Source of the DNA: Azolla caroliniana
Taxonomy: Eukaryota; Plantae; Polypodiophyta
Assembly: GCA_043228905.1 (NCBI GenBank)
Contig: JBHGNT010000012.1
Span: 9,362,001 to 9,426,000, forward strand
Direction of reading: 5' to 3'
DNA length: 64,000 nt
Below the pieces are notes generated by a model, which worked only from the letters and a program-made list of their open reading frames with translations, was not told the DNA's origin and ran no database searches. This document shows positions 40,901 to 52,900 of this stretch, piece after piece. Numbering within the stretch: position 1 is the first letter of the stretch; the number at the start of each line of letters is the position of its first letter. Made by a program: the position numbers and the translations under genes.

Positions 40901-43900
40901 TTACAACTTTTAAACATTCTCAACACTCCCCCTCAAGATGGGCGAAAAATATCCACTAAGCCCATCTTGTCACACAATCTAGTAAGACTTACTGGCCCAA
41001 GTCCCTTTGTAAGACAATTTGCTACTTGATGTTCAGTAGAAACATGACTCAATTTTAATATTCCATTATCAAGCTTTTCCTTGATAAAGAGCCTGTCGAT
41101 TTCAATGTGTTTGGTTCTATCGTGCTGTACCGGATTGTTGGCAATGCTGATTGCTGACTTATTGTCACACCACAGCATCATCTGATTTTCTTGATTCACC
41201 TTTAGTTCTACTAGGAGGGTTCGCAGCCATAACATCTCCACAACTCCTATAGCAATAGCTCTATACTCTGCTTCGGCTGTTGACCTTGCTACTACTGACT
41301 GTTTCTTACTCTTCCAAGAGACCAGATTGCCTCCAACAAACATGCAGTATCCTGATGTGGATTTCCTGTCATCAGCACAACTGGCCCAATCAGAATCACA
41401 ATAGCCCTCAATGTTAAAATGACCATGTTTTCTGAAGATTAATCCCTTCCCTGGGGCACCTTTGAGATATCTCAGAATATGGTACACTGCATCCATATGA
41501 TCTTTCCTCGGATCATGCATGTAGCGACTTACCACACTTACTGCAAATGAGATATCTGGACGGGTGTGGGTCAAATAAATCAGCCGACCTACCAATCTTT
41601 GATACCTTTCACAATCAACTTTCTCTCCCACAAGTTCAGTTAGCTTGATCTTTTGGTCGATTGGAGAAGCTACAGGCCTACAACCCAACATTCCAGTTTC
41701 TTTGAGAAGATCTAGTACATATTTCCGCTGAAATAGAACAACTCCTTCTGCTCCACGAGCTACCTCAATTCCAAGAAAGTATCGTAGCAATCCTAGATCC
41801 TTCACCTCAAACTCTTTACCCAATTGCATCTTCAGTTGGGCAATTTCTCCTTCATCGTTACCCATGATAATTATATCATCCACATACACAACAAGCAATG
41901 TAGTATGCTCCTCGTGTTGTCGAAAGAACACTGTATGGTCTGCATTCGTCTGTTGGTATCCCATACCCACCATAACCCTTCTTAACCTGTCGAACCAGGC
42001 TCGAGGAGATTGCTTCAGTCCATAAAGCGACTTCCTAAGTTTGCAAACCTTACCTATTGTTTGAATTGTACCGAAACCTGGGGGAACATCCATGTACACT
42101 TCCTCCATCAACTCTCCATGAAGGAATGCATTTTTTACATCTAATTGATGTAATTTCCAATCCTTATTCACTGTCTCATCATAGTGTTCTAACAGTGCTC
42201 ATCTTCGCCACAGGTGCAAAAGTCTCATCATAGTCAATGCCATATGTCTTGACTATATCCTTTAACCATATTGAGTTTGAACTGCTCTATGAAAATCTTT
42301 AAAACAAGCAAATACTTCATTCTTTTTTCTCATAAAATATAACCATGTCACACGAGAGAAGTAGTCAATGAAAGAGACAAAATATCGATATCCATTAATA
42401 GAACTTGTGTGACATGGTCCCCAAACATCGGAGTGTATTACATCAAATGCATGGGAACTCCTATGACCTGAACTAGCATATGAACTTTTAGTAAGCTTAC
42501 CAAATTCACATGCATCACAAACAAGTTTTGTTTTATCCGCCTTTTCAAAAAGGTGTGGATACACCCGACTCAAAATGCCATAAGAGGCATGTCCCATGCG
42601 TTGGTGGTGAAGTATTAACAAGTCCTCATAACTCATTTTAGATCCCCTTACATCTATTCCCTCTACCATAGATGCTAATGCTGAATCCAGCCCTTCACGA
42701 TCCAAATACCATAGTCCACTATGCCATGTGCCATGTGCCATGTGCCAGTCCCAAGTCTCCGACCTGTACCTTTCTCCTGGAATATCACCTTGGGAATATC
42801 AAAAGAAACAACACATTTTAGTTGGTGTATGATAGAACTTATAGATAATAAGTTTACTGGGAAAGAAGGAGCATGCAACACATTAGACAATGTCACAGAG
42901 TTGGTACATTTTACTGTACCTATACCCACTACAGGTTGTGTAGTATCGTCAGCAATTTGAATGCTTTCTGGCATTGCTAAGTGAGTATACGAGGAGAATT
43001 CACTAGCATTACCCGTCACATGCCTAGATGCACCAGAATCAATTATCCATTCTGGTGCAGAGGCAAGAGTATTTGTGTTGCTAGTACTTGTGGCCGAATA
43101 AGTATAGGTGGCAGTGTTACCTCTTGACATGAATGAAGTATCATCTGCGGCTCTTTGCTTCCTCCTAAGTATTTCTAAGAGAGCTTGATCCTCTTCGGTG
43201 AACACCACCTTAGTTCCTTCCTCTTCTTTTGCTACCATCAAGTTTGCTATGCATTTCCTATACATCCCAAGCTAAATTGGATGTTTCATATTATCCCGTT
43301 GGTTCTGTTAATCTGTTAGTATTTAAATGTGATATAATCAAAGTAAACTTGGATGACTATTTGTATAACAAAATTTTTAAATGGTTTTTGACAGGAAGAG
43401 GCCAAGTGCCTTCAGATAGAGGAAACAATAACAAGGTTGAGCATGGAAATTGAAGATGAGGAGTTTTTGGATGAGGAAAAGGAAGCAGAACTTGCAAAGA
43501 AGCTTGACCAACTGAAGACTGTCAAGGGACGATCTGTAGCTGTAGCAACAGAATTTAAACGAGAGGTACAAATCACATATTAGTTGTTTGTCGTCACAGC
43601 CAAAGTTTTTGAGGGCTTAGCAAGTAATTTAACACTAACCCTGTGATTTTTCCCCCAAAAGAATGAAACGAAACTGATATTGTAAATTGTAACCTATAGG
43701 ATAAGTGAACTAGTCCGCTATTGATTGATATATCAAGACTGTCTGCAAAACTTGTAGGTTGATGAATATAAAGCAAAATATGATGCTGTAGTAGGAGAAG
43801 ACAAAACATTGGATAGAAATTTCAAGAAAGACTTTTCAGATTGTGTTGAACTCATACCCTTACTTTATAGGCATTTCAGGAAACGAAAACCACAAGCTGC

Positions 43901-46900
43901 AAAGTGAGATGCATTATCATCTTTTTGAAATTACTTTTGGACATACAAATTTGATTTTCTTATTTATTTTTCTTTTGCTTTGATGCTTGCTACGTAGAAT
44001 TATATCGAAAGATGCTCCAAAATCTCCTAGGCAATCAATTTCACCAGAAAGGAGAAAATCTGTACTACGGGTTAAATCTCCTCCTAGGAACTCTGTGAGT
44101 AATTTTTAAACACTCAGAATGAATATTGGTTTGTTGACAAAATTAGTCTCTTTCCATTGAATTTAATAAGCTTTATTCTATGTCATGTTCAGATGACTAC
44201 AGTAAAGTCTCCTCGGCAGACAGATCCTTTCAATGAAAGGCCAGAGGTATTTCAATTGAAGAGCATGATTATTTTATTATATGTAATGAAAAACCAATTA
44301 GAATTACTGGGTGATGTAATTCTGAAGGTTCTAAAAGAATAGTTGATATATCTCAGTCATCAAGGTAAGAATATGCTCATGGGCAGTGAAACCGAAGTAC
44401 ACTTGAGTCTCTCACGTCCAAGAATATGAGATGCTAATAGATCTACCAAATACTTCGTGAATAGATATTTTTCCTGAAGACATATGTCTATGATGATCAT
44501 CAGTCTTCCTCGAAAGAAAGGAAGAAAGATATGTTAACATGCTTTAAGAGGCCAAATAAGAAAGAAAGGAAGCTACATTTATGTCTTTTTATAAAGAAAG
44601 GAAGCTACATTTTTTCCTTTGTAAGATCTCTGGCATAGATCAATCCAGAATAAAGAGATATCCAAAGCAAAGAAAACATCTGCAATGGTGGGAGATAATT
44701 GTCTTTATCTGTTAATGACAAGGTTGGTGAGATTTCAGTTCACCAGACCAGGGCGTACTTGGCAATGTCTCAGGAGTTCACTTGTGTAACTCTCAATTAT
44801 TGATTTGTAGCTTGAGTAGAAGAGATACGGCTAAGGAATGCTGTATTTGTTCTTTGTTGATGAGTTTGTGTTGTTCTTTGTTGTCCTTCACAACATCTCC
44901 CTGTGTTTTTTGAGTTCTAGCATGAACAGCCCCAAGCACCAATGGTTCTTATATGCCATTACTCTGCAGGTAGTGGGCCAAAGCCATTGGTCAAAGACCC
45001 AATGGTATTTCCCTCTTATCTCCAAAACGTACAGTAGCAAACATAGTACTCTTCATATTTCACTTCCAGATGACAAAATTGGCAAATGCTTTATTCTAGA
45101 GGTGTGGGTGAATATCTGCCTACCTCAAACTCTAATTGTTGCGACAAGGTCTGCAACTGCCCTATCACACTTTGCAGCACGTGGGAAAGATGTATGTCTA
45201 TATAAGAGGGCTTGTTGATGAATCCATCTACTGACATTTGTAAAAAGTGTGCAGTATAGTGGGCCATTATTGCCTACAAGAGATTTTGTGGGGATAATTC
45301 AATTTGATAATATCAGTTTGGATCACTCTATTGATAATGTGTTTTAAGAGAGAAAAATGACTTTGAACGAAGGATTTCATCTTAAAATGTTAATTCGTCT
45401 TTTAACACACAAACCAGAATAAATATACTGGCAGGTAACATATCCAAAGTGCTTGTGGGTATCCTTGGGTAACACATAAAAATATGAACTGTTTTTGATG
45501 AAACTCCCTCATATAAGAAATAGAATACTTGGTCTCAAGTGCCAACAAAGAATGGACAAAGTTTCCCAATAGGTGAAATACTTCTTCTCAATAGATATTT
45601 CCCAATGTCATCAGCATATAGTCATATTTGTATAGCTATACCTGCTAGGCGTGCTAGGGAACCCCCAAGTCTCCCTATGTAATGTGATACCTCATCTATA
45701 TAGAGACCGAAGAGAGTAGGGTATAGTGGGCATTTTTGCTTCACTCCAATTGTGCTAGCCACTGCCTTTGACAAGCCCTTGGGAGACCGCACTTTTCCTG
45801 ACACGGATTCATAGAGTGCATAGATTCCCCATTGCATATATGTAGGAACACCAAGGGCTTCTAGCCGCTGCATAAGCCGAGCACGTGGCACAGTGTCAAA
45901 GGCTTTTCGGAAATCCACAAAGCAGCAATAAATCCTCTTATTGTGGGCTCTGCCCTCCTCAATAAGGGCCTGGAGGGTTTATATGTGATCCAAAGTTGTG
46001 AACCCCTTCCAAAAGCCTGGCTGTCCAACTGAACGGCAGCTATTCTGCTCTGCCCATATACTCAATTCTGATTCTAGAATCGACCCATATAGTTTAGCCA
46101 AGTAATGGCTAATCATGATTTTCCTATAGTTGCTTGGCATCATGGACTGAACGGCAGCCATTCTGCTCTGCCCATATACTCAGTTCTGATTCTAGAATCG
46201 ATCCATATAGTTTAACCAAGTAATGGCTAATCATGATTGTCCTATAGTTTCTTGGCATCATGGACTGAACGGCAGCCATTCTGCTATGCCCATATACTCA
46301 ATTCTGATTCTAGAATCGACCCATATAGTTTAGCCAAGTAACGGCTAATCATCATTGTCCTATAGTTGCTTGGCATCATGGACTGAACAGCAGCCATTCT
46401 GCTCTATCCATATACTCAATTCTGATTCTAGAATCGACCCATTAAGTTTAGCCAAGTAATGGCCAATCATGATTGTCCTATAGTCTTATTGTCCCAGAAG
46501 GAAAGAAAGAAGGATATATAAACGTACAATGATAAACATAGTGTTCTTCAAATTCTAATCCCTGATGATACAATTGGTAAATTCTTTCTTCTAGAGGTAT
46601 TCTTTCATATCTGCCTATCTCAATCTCTAACTGATGTGAAACGTTTGCAGCCTGCCCTATCACAACACATCGCATGGTATAAATGTATGTCCATAGAAGA
46701 GGGCTTGATGATGGATAATGACTTCATCCTCCAATTTGTGTAAAAATGTCTTAATAATCGGCCAGCTTCCTACCAAGATATGTGGGGCTGATCCAAGTTA
46801 TTTTATTTTCGAAGTTGATAATATCTGTTTGGATCATTCTATTCTTTTATACTTCGGTCATGTTTAGATGGGCAGAACCCAAGCTATATTGGAACAGGGT

Positions 46901-49900
46901 AGTGATTTATGCTTATGCCATGTGCCTCGAACCATTGTTGCGTTTCAGCATACCATCAATGAATATATTCATGTTTAGCAAGTAGTTTTGATGACATAAT
47001 TGCCAACCTTGAGTAGCTTCATTTAGGGAGCTCCTAAAGCCATTGGATTATTGATTAGTGATAGTAAGAATACAATGGCCATACATCCACCCAGTCTGTA
47101 AAGAATCTAACTCTAGTAGAGTTGAGTATTCAGTAGCGTAGTGCGTGTGTGAGAGAGTTGGTGTATAAGCAAGAGAAGAAATCAGAGAGAATAACAAGAA
47201 AAGAATAAGAAAATACACAGTAGGGGGATGACAGCTTATGCACTGAAGAAAACTATATTAATTAACTAAAGATCATCAACAAAACAGAATGGGCAAAGGG
47301 GGTTCTATATACAAGTCCTCAAGGGACTGCCATATTAAATGCGTTGGTGGAATCTAACCAAGATATCCACTTGAGTACAATTTTGTCATAAGAATATGTT
47401 ATTTTCTTTGACCACATTAACACTCAACTCCACGGATTATAATAAAGTGTGCACACACTTTTTCACACCGTCCTTTTCTTCATAAGCACATGTTCACACA
47501 AGTTGAGCTTGATTCTCAACACGCCCCCTCAAGTTGACCATGACCGTTACCTCGACCGAGAGCGTCATGTGTATATAGCATCTGCCCATCAGATGCCGTG
47601 CTTTTCGACCGTGTATAGTTCTCCTCAACCATTAGCATGGATTGCAAGTCGTAAAAGCTTGGGGGGTTCTCCCTTGTTGTTATGGCAGTTCGAAATGGGC
47701 CATATTTTTCTGTGAGGCCGCCAAGGCAGATATGCAGCATCTCGTCATCATCAACTGCGACATTGATGGAGCCAAATGAATCGCGTAAGTCATTATCCGG
47801 AGGGTATAGTCCGTCACGGCCATATCCCCTTGCCGAATATTGTTCAACTTTTGCCGGAGTTGAAGTTTTCTCACTGTGGTTGAGGCCGTGAAAATTTTCT
47901 TCAAGTTTTTCCACGCTTTTGTCAGGGCTTTCGCATCTCGAATATAGCTTAACATGTGATTTCTCACACATGTTGCCAAACAATACATTACCCTACTGGC
48001 GCCTTATTGCCATGTGGGGTAGTTGGGATTTATAATATTGGGGGCTGTTTCTTGAGTTCCCTCGATATAACTCCAATACCCTTGCCCAACTAAGTATTGT
48101 TGCATCTTATATTCCCAAGATGCGTAGTTGTGCCTGTCCAACTTCTCTGTTGGAAGTGCACTACCCATTTATGCATTAATCTTTTTGATTTAGCTTGATT
48201 CGTATGCTCTTGTTAACCTGAGCCTCTTGCCGTGCAACACTACAGTGACGATAGGCAGTTTGAAACAACGTCACTAGTTGCTCACACAGTTTCAATGGTA
48301 GAGCTCAGTGAAGGATCTCTAACCCTCACGCTTTGATACCATGTAAAGAATTTAACTCTAGTAGAGTTGAGTACAGCTTATGCACTGAAGAGAGCTATAT
48401 TAATTAACTAAAGATCATCAACAAAACAAAATGGGCAAAGGGGGTTTTATATACAAGTCCTCAAGGGACTGCCATATTAAATGTGTTGGTGCAATCTAAC
48501 CAAGATATCCACTTGCGTACAATTTTGTAATAAGAATATCTAATTTTCTTTGACCACATTAACACTCGACAACTACACGGATTACAATAAAGTGCGCTCA
48601 CACACTTTATTACACATCGTCCTTTTCTTGATAAGCACACGTTCACACAAGTTGAGCTTGATTCTCAACACAGTCATAGATTCTCCTCTCCTCAATAGAT
48701 AAAACAAGGAATTCACTGAGTACACAGATCTTATTAGGTCATGACAATGACGATGTAAATGCTTGAAGGAATAAAGAAATGCTCAACCTCAAATAGGCTA
48801 GAATTCAAGGAAAGGGCTATCCATTGGATTATATTATGAGGCTCTGATGCCCTGCTGCTTAATGCTTTTATATAACAGGCTGTAGATCATAACAAACCAG
48901 AATAGAAAATATTTTGAGGAGAGTCATAGAAAGACGAGTTTTTGTTGTTTAATTTCAATAGTTCGGTAATGTCAGCACCGTCCTTGTCACCTTTAATACA
49001 TGTTTGTACTGAAAAAATAGTTTTACTTGGCTAATAGTATTAAATTTTAACTCTATTGAATATTGTTGGAGAAATATTATATATTCCAAAAGAACTTGTT
49101 TTTTCCCAATATGAGATTTCTTTCCAATAGAAGCCCATAATCAACATATATGAGGTTTTGTTTCATATCCACCAGAAGACACAAGGAGTTCCAATAACCC
49201 TTTGAAAATTTCTTTCCAATCTGAGATTTCTTTCCAATTGAAGCCCATAATCAACATATATGCGGTTTTGTTTCATATCCACGAGAAGACACAAGGAGTT
49301 TGATTCGCTCTCATGAGTCGAAGGGGGATCTTTTGTATGAACTTCTTCCCAAATCCATCGGTTATTATTCCAAGGTTTCTTATCATATGCTTTTTCTTTT
49401 TTATGATAGAATCCAAACAGTTTCTTTAGGCATAGAGGCATAGAGGCATTGGTATTAGAGATTTAAACAGAAAAAGAAAAAGAAAAGTTTAGTTTGGATA
49501 GGATGGCAATGATGAATGCTACTTTAGAAGAAGAAGCCAAGAGGAAAGCTCGTGCGTTGCATGTACAAGTGGTTGGTTGGGCCGAAAAGGGAAGTCCACA
49601 AGAAGATGCCAAGAATCTCGCAACAAAGATTGGAGCATCAGATATTCCATTTGCTTCGGCGTGGAGATATAATACTATTAGGAGATTTTAATGCACGAAC
49701 CAAGGATGAACAAACAACTATATTTAACACCGACGAGGCTGTCTATGGAGAAGTTATGGAGGAAGAGGTTGGTCTAAAGAGAAAAGATCAAGATATGAGT
49801 GCTATAACTGAATATGGAAAACACTTTCTAGCCTTGGGAAGCGCGCATGGACTTGTGATATAATGGCTTGTCACAATGGCTTGGATCAGATGCTTTGACA

Positions 49901-52900
49901 TGTTGGAACCCAAAAGGGGGTGCAAGCACAGTCGATTATCTACTGGGATCTCTATCTCTTATACCTGAAATAAAAGTGTTCACTATATCGGTAAGACCTA
50001 TTGGCTTGGCAACTGATCATGCATATCTATGCTTTGAGGTAAAGGATGGATGCACAAAGGATGTATATGCTAAGGAGAGGGGGCTGGCTAGGTATCTATT
50101 CACTCGCGAGACAATTGATGTCTATAGTTGTGGTGTATACAATGGCATGCTAGATTTGGGTCCTCTCGCACCCCTTGAACTTACCCAAGGTTTATCCAAA
50201 TCATTGCATAAAGCAGCCACAAAAGCCTTCCCTCACACAACGGCTAAACCCCCCAAACTCGGTAGAGTCATACAAAATAGTTGGTATGATGATGAATGTC
50301 GTGATACAAGGAGATGCTTGCGACGTGATGTAACTCGGGGCATTTATACACACAACCAAGCGAGAGCAACCTTCCAACACCTCGTAAGGAGGAAGAAGAG
50401 ATTGTATTTGGCTAAATTTGAAGATCATTTGTATCGCTTGTTTCTAGGACGAGAGAGTAAAAGTGCATGGAAACTGTTTAATGAGAGGCAACCCACCACA
50501 CAACTGACCTCACCTCAGGTGTGGCACGAATATGCAAAGGTCTTATATGATATCCCGGGGCAACCTCCTCTTCCCCACACGAATGCCTCACGCCCACATG
50601 AATCAACCTTCTTTACACCAAAAAATGTAAGAAATGCCATTGATAGGCTACAATTTGGGAAGGCCCAAGATCATGATGGATTGGTGGGTGAACACTTTAT
50701 CTATGCCCGTATGCCCGTGACACCTTGCTCCCATTGCTAGCACACATCTTTAATAGAACCATGTGCGAAGGTTTTCCTACTAGATGGACTCAGCATACCA
50801 TTGTGCCAATCCTCAAGAGTGGAGACCCCATGATGCCAAGCAACTATAGGACAATCATGATTGGCCATTACTTGACTAAACTATATGGCTTGATTCTGGA
50901 ATCAGAATTGAGTATATGGGCAGAGCAAAATGGCTGCCGCTCAATTGGACAGGCAAGCTTTCGGAATGGTTTCACAACTTTGGATCACATATTCACCCTC
51001 CGGGCCCTTATTGAGGAGGGCAGAGCCCACAATAAGAGGATTTATTGCTGCTTTGTGGATTTTCGAAAAGCCTTTGACACTGTGCCACGTGCTCGGTTTA
51101 TGCAGCCGCTAGAGGCCATTGGTGTTCCTATAGATATGCAATGGGGAATCTATGCACTCTATGAATCTGTTTCAGGAGAAGTTCGGTCTACTAAGGGCTT
51201 GTCAGAGGCGGTGGCTAGCACAATTGGCGTGAAGCAAGGATGCCCACTATCCCCCACACTCTTCGGTCTCTATATAGATGAGGTATCACAGTACATAGAG
51301 AGATTTGGTGGTTCCGGAGCACACATAGCAGGTATAGCTATACAAATATTACTATATACTAATGATATTGCGCTGATTTCTGACTCTCCGGAGGGACTAC
51401 AAAGACATCTAAATGCCTTAAAACTATTTTGTACGGACAAAGGTTTGTCAATCAACATGAATAAAACTAAAGTGATGGTGTTTAACAACACCCAAGCATG
51501 GGTAACAAGATCAGAACCAGAATTCTTCTTGGGAGAGGAAAAGTTGGAATACACACGCTCCTACACATACCTAGGAGTAACATTTACAGGACCTAGGTTC
51601 TCCTTACAGGAGGCCGCTTGTGCCCGACTTTCTCGTGGATATGCAGCCCTTGGTGCTCTTGAAAGACAATGTGCACATTTGCAGTTCCAAGAGCCACGGA
51701 CTAAGCTATGGTTATTTGATACACTTGTCACACCAACTCTTCTCTATGGAGTAGAGACATGGGGACCGAGTCTTAACAAGGCAAATCATTGGAAAGATTT
51801 AGAGAGACCTTTAGTGTTAATGATTGCTCGCATGATAAGGAGCAAAGCATCGGTGCCCCACGATATTATCCGGGCAGAGATGGGAGCAGCACCTATAATA
51901 ACCAAGGCATTGTTCCGATCAATGACATTTATCCAACGTCTTTGGGAGCTCCCTAAACGAAGGTACCCAAGGTTGGCACTTATGTCATCAAGACAACTGG
52001 CGGAAAATGGAGACACTCATTGTTGGTATGCTGAAATGCAGCAATGGTTCGAGTCACATGGCATGAGTATAAATGCACTACCCCCGTTCTAATATAGCTT
52101 GGACTGTCCCCATCTCAATATGACCAAAGTGGAAAAGAATAGAGTGATCCGAATTGATATTATTAACTTAGAAAACAAGATAACATGGATTAGCCCCAAA
52201 ATACCACTTGGTACAAAGATGGCCCACTATAAGACACACTTCTTACATACATCGGAGGATGGATTTGTCATAAGGCCACCTTATATAGACATACATCTAT
52301 CCTATGCGCTGCGTAGTGTGATAGGGAGCTAAGAACCTCATCACATCAGCTACAGATTGAGGTGGGCAGATATACACGACTACCTCTAGAAGAGAGAATT
52401 TGCCAATTGTGTCATTCAGGAGTGAAATCTAAAGAACACTATGTTTGTCATTGTAGTGTCTTTTATGAAATCAGAGGGAGATACCATTGCCTCTTTAAAC
52501 AAGGCTTTGGCCCACTACACAAGGTAATGGAATATGAGGACCAAAGATGCCTAGGACTTTTCCTGCTCGAGCTCAAGAGACATCGGGAAAAGTTGTTGAA
52601 GAATACAGCCACACAAGCTCATCCACAAAGAACAATCACAACTTTCTTTAGCTCCATCACTCCTAATGCTAGAAGTCAACCCCAGGATACAGAAATGGGA
52701 TCCAGACCAGGACATAACAAAGGGGTTACGATTGATCAGGCAATGGCAATTTGCCGTGCACGTAGGCCCCGGCCCCATGGACCACGACCTCGACACCCTT
52801 GTCATCGACAAATAAAAGCCATTATCTCCCGCCATCGTAGGTGCTTCCCTCGCTTCGGAGACATTCCAATTTTGGATCGACCTATGTTAGAGATCTTTCG

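Noticed and set aside
46028-46483. CRISPR-like array
   Set aside because: No unique spacers; it is a tandem duplication of LINE RT in a eukaryotic context.
49112-49300. ~80-bp direct repeat at 110-nt spacing
   Set aside because: Simple local tandem duplication without other features.
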